From positions 1 to 49,819 of the forward strand of contig WAKA01000046.1 in the NCBI GenBank assembly GCA_015523565.1: DNA of 49,819 bases. The letters run 5' to 3'. The stretch's first letter is position 1; the number at the start of each line of letters is the position of its first letter. The translations under genes and the position numbers were made by a program. This DNA is from Candidatus Heimdallarchaeota archaeon. Its GTDB lineage: Archaea; Asgardarchaeota; Heimdallarchaeia; Heimdallarchaeales; Kariarchaeaceae. The notes beneath the pieces are model-generated. The model made no database searches. It was not told where the DNA came from and was given only the letters and a program-made list of their open reading frames with translations. Shown here in pieces: positions 36,299 through 46,234 of the stretch.

Positions 36299-37324
36299 AT
36301 GAGTAACCCACCTAAGATTGCAATTAACGGATTTGGGAGAATTGGTCGCCTTGTTACAAGGGCTTTGCTGTATAAAAAAGAGCAGGTTGACATTGTGGCA
36401 ATCAATGATCTTTCCAACACTGAAATGCTTGCCCATGTCTTTGAATTCGACAGCATTCACGGTCGATTTGATGGAACTGTTGAAGTTCATCCGGAAACAA
36501 ACAATTTAATCTTGAATGGTGACGAATTCACCGTGTATAGTGAAGCAAATCCTGAAAACCTCCCTTGGAAAGAATTGGATGTCGATTATGTTATTGAGGC
36601 AACTGGAAGGTTCAGAAATCGAGAGGGAATGTCTAAACATCTTAATGCCGGTGCAAAACGGGTGATCCTGACAGCTCCTGGAAAAGATGTTGACATTACT
36701 GTTGTGCTTGGTGTGAATTTTGATAAATATGATCCAAACAAGCATTTCTTGGTTTCCAATGCATCTTGCACTACAAATTGTCTAGCTCCTCTTTGTAAGG
36801 TTTTGGATGATGAATATGGAATACATCATGGCACAATGACAACTGTGCATGCTTATACCAATGATCAAAGACTCCTTGATATGCAACATAAAGATTTTAG
36901 GAGGGCAAGGGCGGCTGGCATGTCCATTGTTCCTACAACAACAGGTGCCGCAAAAGCCATTGGAGAGGTCATGCCTCATTTAAAGGGGAAAATGGATGGA
37001 CTGGCTCTTCGTGTCCCCACTTCCAATGTTTCCATTGTTGACCTCACTGTTAGATTGAATAACCCCGCAAAAAACAAGGAGGAAATCCAAGAAAAAATTA
37101 TTGAAGCCTCTAAAGGGAAATTGAAGGGAATCTTGGGATATGAATGGAGATCACTAGTCTCCATTGATTTCAACTCAAATCCCCTTAGTTCAATAGTTGA
37201 CTTTCCAAGCATGATGCTAATCGATGGGACCCTTTTGAAAATACTTTCGTGGTATGACAATGAATGGGGTTATGCAAACCGCGTAGCTGATTTGGTTCAT
37301 GAGATGTGGAAACTAGAGAAATAA
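36299..37324 (+). CDS. gap: Glyceraldehyde-3-phosphate dehydrogenase, type I (bacterial/eukaryotic class)
   Basis: INGFGRIGR, FDSIHG, SNASCTTNCLAP, HAYTNDQ, RRARAA, TTTGAAKA, RVPT.NVS, WYDNEWGY. Confidence 0.95.
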   Translation: MSNPPKIAINGFGRIGRLVTRALLYKKEQVDIVAINDLSNTEMLAHVFEFDSIHGRFDGTVEVHPETNNLILNGDEFTVYSEANPENLPWKELDVDYVIEATGRFRNREGMSKHLNAGAKRVILTAPGKDVDITVVLGVNFDKYDPNKHFLVSNASCTTNCLAPLCKVLDDEYGIHHGTMTTVHAYTNDQRLLDMQHKDFRRARAAGMSIVPTTTGAAKAIGEVMPHLKGKMDGLALRVPTSNVSIVDLTVRLNNPAKNKEEIQEKIIEASKGKLKGILGYEWRSLVSIDFNSNPLSSIVDFPSMMLIDGTLLKILSWYDNEWGYANRVADLVHEMWKLEK

Positions 37325-37372
37325 TTATTTTGTTCCTTAAATTTCTTGAAAACTAAGGCTTTTCAACAAGTA

Positions 37373-38896
37373 CTATTTTTTCTTTTTGTGAATTAATGGA
37401 ATTAATATCAATGATGAGATTATGAAAATTAAATCAATTGAACCTGCTTCTATGGACGTACTAGGTGTAAATGTATCAACATTCGGAATGCCACCATTTC
37501 CACCTCCCGTATTGGTTGCACTAGTGCCGCCTCCTGTGTTTTGAATTCCTTCAACAAGAATTTCACTCCAGAATGACGATACAAAAGCAATAAACTCATC
37601 CAATGTCTCCTCATTTGCAAGGTAATTGTCAAGTTCATTCCCAAAAATTGTCTCGATTTGCGCCCATCTATGATCTACTGGATTCTTGTAAGACCTGTCT
37701 ATAATGTTCTTGATGGCTTCAATATATTTCCATGCATTGGAATTTTTCACCTCATCATCTTGATAGACAGATTCCCTTGCTGGAACATGATAGTAATCAA
37801 CAGCTCCTTCCACCATTGCATGATGGGATGACATGAACTTTGCAAATTTCATCGCAGCTTCCTTGACAGCACCCGTTGCACGGGATGTGATGACATAAGC
37901 ATGACCACCCAATGGGGCACCTTCATTGCCCTGATCATCATGTGGAAGTCTCATAATCCCAAGATTGTCTGGACCTGCATACTCCCTGTTATCTACGGTT
38001 TTGTTGAATTCTGGTGCATTGTTCAGAAAATTTGCAAGTTCCCATGGTCCTTGTTGAATAAACGCGACCTGACCAGTTGTAAACATGGGATTAATGGTTT
38101 CCCAACCTTGTTGATCCCATGGAGGGGTATAGTCGGCATCAACAACATCCTTAAGAAATTTCAATGCAGTTCTTGATTCTGTTGAATTGATGTTGATATT
38201 TTCCAGAGAGACCACGTCATTCTTGAAAAATCTTGCACCATGTCCATAATAAATCGGTTGACCACCAAAGAACATGCCTTGAAGTGTAAATCCATATACT
38301 CTCCCTCCTTGTCCATCAGGAAGATTTGCATCCCAAACTGCTTGTACTGTGGAAATAAATTCATCCCATGTAAAGGAAGTGTTGGTTGTCCAAGAGGTTG
38401 TATTGATTCCTGCCGCTTCCACTAAACGCTTGTTATAAAACAAAGCAGGTACATCAACCAATTGTGGAAAGCCCCAGATTTGTTCAACTCCATTGCTGTC
38501 AGGATATGTTACCAGTCTTAATGCATCCGCAATGAAATCTTGTTTGTCTGTTGCATTCATATAGTCTGTAACAGGTTGAATCAAACCTTGGAATGCAAAT
38601 TCAACAACCCAATCCCTTGCTGCCCTGAACACTGTGGGCTCTAATTCCACGGTATATTGTGTCAGATAGGTTTCCTTGGCACTGAAAAACCCTTTTGCCT
38701 GTGCATCCACATCAATGTCTGGATTTTGTGCCTCGAATTCCCGTATCAGTTTAAGAACTCCTGGTGCTTCACTGGAGTTTTCAGTATACCAAAATGTGAT
38801 TACTGTTTTTCCAGAAGTCTGTGCATGTGCTATACTTGCAAGGCTACTTACAATTATAGTCACTAAAAATAAGAAAATGATCTTTCTACTTTTCAT
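37373..38896 (-). CDS. Maltose/maltodextrin-type extracellular solute-binding protein, C-terminally anchored
   Basis: Signal peptide from ATG 38896; ITFWYTE, FEAQNPDIDV, IWGFPQLVDVPALFYNK, FTTGQVAFIQQGPW, PLGG; G/T-rich linker + TM + KKKK. Confidence 0.88.
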   Translation of the reverse strand: MKSRKIIFLFLVTIIVSSLASIAHAQTSGKTVITFWYTENSSEAPGVLKLIREFEAQNPDIDVDAQAKGFFSAKETYLTQYTVELEPTVFRAARDWVVEFAFQGLIQPVTDYMNATDKQDFIADALRLVTYPDSNGVEQIWGFPQLVDVPALFYNKRLVEAAGINTTSWTTNTSFTWDEFISTVQAVWDANLPDGQGGRVYGFTLQGMFFGGQPIYYGHGARFFKNDVVSLENININSTESRTALKFLKDVVDADYTPPWDQQGWETINPMFTTGQVAFIQQGPWELANFLNNAPEFNKTVDNREYAGPDNLGIMRLPHDDQGNEGAPLGGHAYVITSRATGAVKEAAMKFAKFMSSHHAMVEGAVDYYHVPARESVYQDDEVKNSNAWKYIEAIKNIIDRSYKNPVDHRWAQIETIFGNELDNYLANEETLDEFIAFVSSFWSEILVEGIQNTGGGTSATNTGGGNGGIPNVDTFTPSTSIEAGSIDLIFIISSLILIPLIHKKKK

Positions 38897-40308
38897 TTTT
38901 TCTTTCCTCCTCTTTTTGCTAAAGGTAGTGCAACCAAGGTGGGTACAAACCACCAACCAATTGGTGATTTTTCCTCAGATGAACTGCTACTTTCCTGAGT
39001 TTCTGATGTTGTCATCTCGGATGATGTGCTTGTTTCTTCCATCTTTGGAAGCTCTGGAAGATCAGACCATGGTACACTTGTTGGTAATTCCAACTTAAGT
39101 GAAATTTCCAATCCTAGTAACGTAACTGAATCATTTTGGTCTCCTTTCAACAACTTTGTCATTTGGACTTCAAATTTCTGCTCAACTGTTTGCCATTTTG
39201 GATCATGGGGTATATCCACAAATGTTTTTGCCGCTTCCAACATCGCAGATTCTGTTGGAATGCTTGTATCCAACATTGATGCAGAGTATGGAATCACACC
39301 CTTGGATTTAAGATCATTCTGAAAATCAGATGCTCTAAGTGTTTCTGCAATTGTTTTTGCCAAACTCATGTCCATATTTGATTTTGTGGACATAACTGTT
39401 ATTGCCTGTACTTTACTTCCTCCTGGCATTGCAAATACGTCGAAGCCTTGGCTTCCATTGGCAAATATTGTTCCTGAAGCCGTCATGTTTGACAGAAGGG
39501 TACTTTTACCGAGCAAAATGGAAAGTTTTCCATCCATTTTAAACAAGTTTTCTGCACCTCCGTCCTTTTGCATGTCCCACTCAGGTGTGACTTTTCTGAG
39601 ATTTACCAGCTTATTTATTTCACTGAATGCATCCACTGTATTTTGGTCATACAATGCCAAATGGTCAAGATCAACCACATTGTCTTTGAACAATGTCCCT
39701 CCAAAATCATAAATTAATGCCAAGGGTGTATCCAATGCATTTTCAAATCCCAATCCATATATTTTGTTTAATGGATTGGTTTGATCATTGAATTTTATGG
39801 CGGCAGAGGATAATCCCTCTGCTGTAGAGAAATCTGCCTTACTTAAGTCAACAAGCTCTGTATTCACATAAATCAAATCTGCAATTCCACCTACTGGATA
39901 ACCATACAATGCAACTGTCCCATTAATAATCGATGCAGAAAACTTGCTGGTTTCCGTGATTTCAAAGAAGCTCGCTCCTCTTTCCAATGCTGGCAATGTC
40001 TTTTCTTCACTCATATTGGCAACTGGTGTGATAATATTTTTTGTGGCAAGCAATGGAATGTCACCTGACAGTCCAATAATTATCTCAGGAAGACTGCCCA
40101 ATACGTTTTCCCTGTTTGCCTTATCAATTAGCTCATTTGCAGGTACTCGGATCACATCATAGTTATCCTGCAATGCGTTCAATATTTGTGTTCCAACCTC
40201 TCCATCAATTCCCAATAGGATTTTGGGTTGATCTTGTGCAATCGAGGGCGAGGTTGTCAGCATCATTGCAAAAATAAGGAGCAATAAACTGACTGTAGTT
40301 TTATTCAT
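38893..40308 (-). CDS. Second, more divergent sugar solute-binding protein, C-terminally anchored
   Basis: ATG 40308 (MNKTTVSLLLLIF signal peptide); LYGYPVG..ADLIYVNTEL, PHDPKWQTVE; S/T/E linker + KSPIGWWF TM + KRGGKKK. Stop overlaps the next start (ATGA). Confidence 0.75.
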   Translation of the reverse strand: MNKTTVSLLLLIFAMMLTTSPSIAQDQPKILLGIDGEVGTQILNALQDNYDVIRVPANELIDKANRENVLGSLPEIIIGLSGDIPLLATKNIITPVANMSEEKTLPALERGASFFEITETSKFSASIINGTVALYGYPVGGIADLIYVNTELVDLSKADFSTAEGLSSAAIKFNDQTNPLNKIYGLGFENALDTPLALIYDFGGTLFKDNVVDLDHLALYDQNTVDAFSEINKLVNLRKVTPEWDMQKDGGAENLFKMDGKLSILLGKSTLLSNMTASGTIFANGSQGFDVFAMPGGSKVQAITVMSTKSNMDMSLAKTIAETLRASDFQNDLKSKGVIPYSASMLDTSIPTESAMLEAAKTFVDIPHDPKWQTVEQKFEVQMTKLLKGDQNDSVTLLGLEISLKLELPTSVPWSDLPELPKMEETSTSSEMTTSETQESSSSSEEKSPIGWWFVPTLVALPLAKRGGKKK

Positions 40309-40503
40309 CTTGCTAACCTCAGTTGGTAATGACGAGTAACTATCATAAATAAATCGGTGATGGATATGTGAATGAGAAATTAATGGGGAAATTTGTGGTA
40401 ATCTGTCCAGAATTTCTTTGATAGATGAGAATGGGTTTAGTTTTTTGACTTGCTCATGGTAAATTTCCACTTTCCTTAAAAAAACAATATTAACAATAGG
40501 GTT

Positions 40504-42507
40504 GTGACCAACCAAATTCCCCAACAAGCTTCCATCTACAACAACTTCAAATGGAGTTGGGACCCAAAAGCTAAATTCTTTTTTGAAAAACAAAACGCAT
40601 TGGTTTGGGAACAGGTAAACCATAACCCAATCACTTTCCTTGAAACCCTTTCAATTCCTGAGACTTCTATTGAATTCGAATCTTTGCCTGAACTTGCAAG
40701 GAATTGGGAAAAAGGCAATGTGGCTTATGTCTGCATGGAATATGGTATTCATGAATCCTTTCCAAATTATTCTGGTGGACTTGGTGTCCTTGCAGGAGAT
40801 CATTTAAAAGCGGCATCAGACCTTTCTTTGCCCCTGACTGCGTTTGGCATGCTCTATAAACATGGATATTTCTGCCAAATCATTAACGAAAATAATAAAC
40901 AAATTGCTGAACCCACACATTTTGATCCAAATGCATTGCCGATGAAACTTGTCCTGAAAGATGGTGAGCCTCACATTTTCTCCATCCCATTTTTTGACCG
41001 ATCATTATTTTTCCAAGTATGGAAAATGGACGTTGGTTCTGTCCCAATTTACCTGTTTGATACAGATATTGCCCAAAATCTCCCTGAAGACCGTGGAATA
41101 ACAGACAGTCTATATGGGGGGGATCACCTGCATCGATTGAAACAGGAAATTCTCTTGGGATTTGGAACCGTTTCTGTTTCCAAAGAGCTTGGTCTGAAAT
41201 TTGACACATATCATCTAAATGAAGGTCATGCATCCTTTACCACATTGGCTCTTTGGGATGATGAAATAAAAAAGGGTCTATCAAAAGCCGAAGCAGAAAA
41301 CAAAGTGAAAAATTCAGTTGTATTTACTACCCATACCATGGTTCCAGCAGGTCACGATGTATTTGGCAAAGATCAAATTGCTAATGGTCTCTCAAAATTC
41401 ATCCTCGAAAGTTCCCTGAATTTTGACGATATCTATTCCAAAGGAGTATATGATCTTGGTTATGGCAATGGTTTCAATATGACTGTATTGGGACTTAATT
41501 TTGCCAGAGTTGCCAATGGTGTAAGCAAAGTAAATGTAAAAGCACTTCACAATATGTGGGGTAATTTTTTAGAAACACATAATCTTTCATTGATACCAAT
41601 CACGAATGGTATCCATCCCCAAACATTCCTTTCTGAGGGTATCTATTCTCTTCTCAAAAAATACACTGACTTTTCAAAAACAAACGATCTAAGAGAGGCA
41701 TCTCCCTGGGATGCATCTAAAATTCCAGATAATGAACTATGGGAAACCCATTGCCTTGAAAAGATAAACCTCATTAAAAACAACAAAACCCGCATTCGAG
41801 CTCATCTTGGAAAAAAGGTAAACCTGAAAAACTTCATCATAAATGGAACCCTCATTGACCCTACAATTCTGACCATTGGCTTTGCCAGAAGATTTGCAAC
41901 TTACAAACGAGCCACCTTGATTTTCCATGACGAGGAAAGAATCTTGGATCTTCTTACCAACCCTGAAAAACCTGTTCAAGTTATCTTCTCAGGCAAGCCT
42001 CACCCAAGGGACGAGGAAGGAAAGAAATTTCTCAAAAAAATATTGGATTATGCCTCAAATCCCTCATTCCAAGGACGGGTTGCCTTTATAGCCGATTATG
42101 ACATGGGTGTTGCACGAAAACTGATATCAGGGGTTGATGTTTGGTTGAACACTCCTAGAGTGCCACGGGAAGCTTCTGGAACCAGTGGAATGAAGGCTGC
42201 AATTAATGGGGTGCTCAATGCCTCAACTTTTGATGGCTGGTGGCCTGAAGCCTATAATGGTAAAAATGGATGGGTTATCGGAAAGTATGACCCCTCCCTT
42301 CCTCCTGAAGAACAAGATATAAGGGATGTTGAATCATTCTATCACATAATGGAAAAGGAAATCATACCGACATTCTATACAAGGGATAAAAATGGAATCC
42401 CTGTCAAATGGGTCAATATGATGAAAGAATCCATAAAGACTGTTGGCCCCCACTTCAACTCACACAGGATGGTAATGGAATATTCCAAACTTTACTTTCC
42501 CCGGTAA
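40504..42507 (+). CDS. glgP: Alpha-glucan (glycogen/maltodextrin) phosphorylase
   Basis: YSGGLGVLAGDHLK, HLNEGH, FTTHT, ITNGIH, GFARRFATYKRA, GKPHP.D, EASGTSGMKAA (PLP lysine). Confidence 0.93.
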   Translation: MTNQIPQQASIYNNFKWSWDPKAKFFFEKQNALVWEQVNHNPITFLETLSIPETSIEFESLPELARNWEKGNVAYVCMEYGIHESFPNYSGGLGVLAGDHLKAASDLSLPLTAFGMLYKHGYFCQIINENNKQIAEPTHFDPNALPMKLVLKDGEPHIFSIPFFDRSLFFQVWKMDVGSVPIYLFDTDIAQNLPEDRGITDSLYGGDHLHRLKQEILLGFGTVSVSKELGLKFDTYHLNEGHASFTTLALWDDEIKKGLSKAEAENKVKNSVVFTTHTMVPAGHDVFGKDQIANGLSKFILESSLNFDDIYSKGVYDLGYGNGFNMTVLGLNFARVANGVSKVNVKALHNMWGNFLETHNLSLIPITNGIHPQTFLSEGIYSLLKKYTDFSKTNDLREASPWDASKIPDNELWETHCLEKINLIKNNKTRIRAHLGKKVNLKNFIINGTLIDPTILTIGFARRFATYKRATLIFHDEERILDLLTNPEKPVQVIFSGKPHPRDEEGKKFLKKILDYASNPSFQGRVAFIADYDMGVARKLISGVDVWLNTPRVPREASGTSGMKAAINGVLNASTFDGWWPEAYNGKNGWVIGKYDPSLPPEEQDIRDVESFYHIMEKEIIPTFYTRDKNGIPVKWVNMMKESIKTVGPHFNSHRMVMEYSKLYFPR

Positions 42508-42633
42508 ATCATGTTGACCTGGATACTTTACGCAATTTATTTTCATTTCCTGCAAACTATACAAAAGTTCGATGTTTCTTTGAACAAGATTATATGCCAA
42601 AGCCATTATATGCATCTAGATTAGGTGATTTCC

Positions 42634-45600
42634 ATGAAAAATCCCAAAGTGATTATGCTAATCATGATAGGTTTATTGATGGTTTCATTGGTGCCTAAAC
42701 AAATATCTGCTTATAACATACCACAAAGTAAACAGACATCCCAACCTGTTTACTTGTCCATTATTTGGCACCAACATCAACCGACTTATCTAGACCCATC
42801 AACTAACATCTATGAACAACCATGGGTCTATATGCACTCTACTAATTCTTATCCATGGATGGCTGACTTGCATAAAAAATATCCCAATGTGAATGCAACA
42901 ATCAACATTACTCCATCCTTGCTGAAACAGATTGACGATTATGCAAACGGAGTGGCTTTTGACCGAAGAATCGAAGTTGCAAAAATGGATGAAAGTACCA
43001 TGAGTGATGAAAACAAGTCTGTGGTTCTGCAATATTTCTTTGACATCAATCCACAATTTGTCACTGGAAGATATCAGTATCTCCAACAGAAGGCAGGGCA
43101 ATATCCAACTATGGCTGAAAAGCTCAATGCATTTACGGATGCAGAAATCTTGGATCTGAAAGTCATGTTTTTCCTGAGATGGATTAATCCTGAATATCGG
43201 GACAATGATTTCATTTTGGCAACTCTTGATTCAAAAATCGATGATGCTGATGTGACAAGCCCTAAATTTTCCCATAACGATCTCAACACTGTTCTCAATA
43301 AAGGGCTTCAATTGGTGCAATCTGTTGTCCAAAAGCACATTGACGCTAAAAACCAAGGGAATTTAGAAATAACAACAACTCCATTTTACCATCCAATCCT
43401 TCCGCTGTTGATCAATCTAAATTCTGCTAGAGAATCCCCTGGAAATGAGAACCTTCCACTTCCTGAAAACAATACGGGATGGACAGATGATGCAAATGCA
43501 CAGATCCAAAAAGGGATCCAATCATATACAGACCATTTCGGTGGACTTCCAAACGGAATGTGGCCAAGTGAGGAAGCCGTTTCAAAGGATGTTATTCCCT
43601 TAATGGCTCAAAACGGCATCCAATGGTTTGTCTCTGATAAGACAATTTTGGCTAACAGTTTGGGAGTTTCTTCATTGACCCCTCAACAAATGTATCAGAT
43701 GTACAAGGTAACTTACAATGGAAGTTCTGTTGCAGGTATTTTCAGGGATACTGCTTTGTCTGACAAAATTGGCTTTACCTATTCTGGTATGGATCCCAAT
43801 GATGCGGCAACTGATTTCATCAATGAACTCAAAACCCGTTATAATGAGTTGCAGTCTGCCCCTCAAGGGAATGTACCATATCTCATTACAGTGGCTCTTG
43901 ATGGGGAAAATGCATGGGAGCATTACAATTATGACATAGATGGTGACGGTAAGAATGAATATACGGGGAATCTGTTCAGGGAGCTACTCTATCAAAAAAT
44001 TGAAGCAGCTCAAAATGAAGGATGGCTCAAGACAGTGACACCTTCCCAATTTCTGTCCCAATTCTCAATCAATGACATGCCTGAAATTACCAATCTTGCA
44101 TCTGGCTCTTGGGTGTCTGGTGAACTCAACACATGGATTGGAGAACCTGAAGAAAATGTTGCATGGGATTGGCTGATCCAAACAAGGTCTGATTTGGTGG
44201 CTTTTGAACAAGCAAATCCTACATATAATACTACTGATGCATGGGAGGCATTGTATGCCGCTGAAGGTTCAGATTGGTTCTGGTGGTATGGCGCAGACCA
44301 AGATTCCGCAAGGGATGAGGTGTTTGATTGGGGTTACAAGACTCTTCTGAGAAGTGTGTATAAGGCCATTGGTTACACTGACGAGGCTATTCTTGCAAGA
44401 AATCCCCTATTGTTCCTAAAACGTGCCCCTGCAATATCTGCATCCTTCCCTGGCAAAATGGTGGACTTCGGTATTGACGGGATTGCATCACCCACTGAAT
44501 GGGATTTAAGCTTCAAAATCAATGACACCACGATAGATAATGGAACAATCGATTTCATGTATTCTGGAATTAGTGACAATCTTACCTTCCTATTATTCAG
44601 ATTTGATTTACAAAGCAGTGGTGGCAACGATTTCTTGGGACTTTACTTCAATGACCCAAGAAGCTCAGTTGGAGATATCTATCCAATTGGTGTGGATCGG
44701 AACAATGTGGATAATTCCTTACGTTTCCAATTGAATTATGCAGTCACTTTCAATTTCAATGATTCTTCCCTAAACTATTGGATTGCAACAAAGGATGGCT
44801 GGACAAAATCATCCTTCAGTGGCGGGCTTGGTGCAAGTGGATCAATTGTTGAACTTGCCATACCCTTGGAATTCTTCAATTATACTGGTGGTGACTTTTT
44901 CGGTGTTCGAGCAATGTATCTTGATGTAGATGCAAATATTGCAACTGACGTGGCTCCTGAAGATGGTCCACTTGTATTCCAAGTCCCACTTTCAAACATC
45001 AACTTCAATGTTGTCTACGAACAAGACGACCCTGCTGGTGACGAATACGGTGATTATCCCCTGAATAATGCATTTGAACCATACCATGGTTTATTTGACA
45101 TCCTTAATTTCAAAATTGGATATGATGATCAAAATCTTATCATCACCATGAAATTCGGAGAAATTACAAATCCATGGAATGCACCTTCTGGATTTTCTCA
45201 CCCACTAATCCAAGTGTACATTGACAAAGATCGTGTTTCAGGTTCTGGAAACACAGATCCAGATCAAAATGCAAATGTCAAAATTTCTCCGGATTTTGCT
45301 TGGGAAACACTTGTCCGGGCTGATGGGTGGTTGAAATATGGTCTCTTTGAGAATCAATCACAATTTGGTGGGGTTGATGCAATTGCTGACACTCTAGAAA
45401 AAACAATTACAATCACTGCTCCTTTGTCCCTTGTCGGTACTCCAACAGAGGATTGGGCATATGTGGTTCTTGTTGGATCACAGGATTTCCAAGCCTTTAG
45501 GGAGAGACTTAGCGTTGCACAAGAATGGAAATTGGGCGGCGGAGATGATGGTCCCTATGATCCAAATGTTGTTGATATGCTTGTTCCTGAAGGTGCAGAT

Positions 45601-46194
45601 CAAGATTTGATACTCAATGATTATTCTGTGGCAGAGCAGAGGCAAGCCGAGGTTATAGGAGTTGGTCCCAAGGTTTCATTTGTTACAGATGATGAAAGAC
45701 CAAATGTTGAAATAACAAGTCCTACCAATGGCACTGTTTTGACTTATGCTAAAAATGGGACTGCCTACATAAAAATCGATTTTATTGCAACAGATAATGT
45801 GCAAGTTGATCATTTTGACCTATTCGCAGCAAATGTGCTGCTTGTTGATGATCATCAGCTGACAAACGGTTCAAATTCTATTAGTGTTACCCTCGACAAA
45901 TCTGAAGTTGGTGTGGGTGATATCGAAATATCCATTATTGTCTATGACGGTCCAGATGAAACTGCATATCGATTTGGAAAGGCGGTAGTTATTGTCACAC
46001 TAGAGGAAGCATCCGTTTCCACTTCCATACCTTCAAGCTCTACAACTGTGACAAATACTACTACTGTTCCACCTCCAACAACTGGAGAAACAAGCAGTAA
46101 AAAATCACCCGCTCTAAGCATTGCAATATCCTTTATATCATTAATAATGATGATTGCTGTATTGAAATCCAAGTTTACATCAAAATACAAATAA
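42634..46194 (+). CDS. Cell-surface GH57 amylopullulanase with glucodextranase-C/DOMON-like and Ig-like domains and C-terminal anchor
   Basis: Signal peptide; WHQHQP, HPILPLL, GMWPSE, ALDGENAWE, AAEGSDWFWWYG; NPWNAPSGFSHPLIQVYID; PNVEITSPTNG; S/T/P linker + KKSPAL TM + basic tail. Confidence 0.9.
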   Translation: MKNPKVIMLIMIGLLMVSLVPKQISAYNIPQSKQTSQPVYLSIIWHQHQPTYLDPSTNIYEQPWVYMHSTNSYPWMADLHKKYPNVNATINITPSLLKQIDDYANGVAFDRRIEVAKMDESTMSDENKSVVLQYFFDINPQFVTGRYQYLQQKAGQYPTMAEKLNAFTDAEILDLKVMFFLRWINPEYRDNDFILATLDSKIDDADVTSPKFSHNDLNTVLNKGLQLVQSVVQKHIDAKNQGNLEITTTPFYHPILPLLINLNSARESPGNENLPLPENNTGWTDDANAQIQKGIQSYTDHFGGLPNGMWPSEEAVSKDVIPLMAQNGIQWFVSDKTILANSLGVSSLTPQQMYQMYKVTYNGSSVAGIFRDTALSDKIGFTYSGMDPNDAATDFINELKTRYNELQSAPQGNVPYLITVALDGENAWEHYNYDIDGDGKNEYTGNLFRELLYQKIEAAQNEGWLKTVTPSQFLSQFSINDMPEITNLASGSWVSGELNTWIGEPEENVAWDWLIQTRSDLVAFEQANPTYNTTDAWEALYAAEGSDWFWWYGADQDSARDEVFDWGYKTLLRSVYKAIGYTDEAILARNPLLFLKRAPAISASFPGKMVDFGIDGIASPTEWDLSFKINDTTIDNGTIDFMYSGISDNLTFLLFRFDLQSSGGNDFLGLYFNDPRSSVGDIYPIGVDRNNVDNSLRFQLNYAVTFNFNDSSLNYWIATKDGWTKSSFSGGLGASGSIVELAIPLEFFNYTGGDFFGVRAMYLDVDANIATDVAPEDGPLVFQVPLSNINFNVVYEQDDPAGDEYGDYPLNNAFEPYHGLFDILNFKIGYDDQNLIITMKFGEITNPWNAPSGFSHPLIQVYIDKDRVSGSGNTDPDQNANVKISPDFAWETLVRADGWLKYGLFENQSQFGGVDAIADTLEKTITITAPLSLVGTPTEDWAYVVLVGSQDFQAFRERLSVAQEWKLGGGDDGPYDPNVVDMLVPEGADQDLILNDYSVAEQRQAEVIGVGPKVSFVTDDERPNVEITSPTNGTVLTYAKNGTAYIKIDFIATDNVQVDHFDLFAANVLLVDDHQLTNGSNSISVTLDKSEVGVGDIEISIIVYDGPDETAYRFGKAVVIVTLEEASVSTSIPSSSTTVTNTTTVPPPTTGETSSKKSPALSIAISFISLIMMIAVLKSKFTSKYK

Positions 46195-46234
46195 TTATAA
46201 CAATAGCTAAAAACAATAGTGGAATTGCAAATCA

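Noticed and set aside
40309-40623. 105-aa N-terminal extension of the second solute-binding protein
   Set aside because: Overlaps glgP antisense; the signal peptide begins at ATG 40308.
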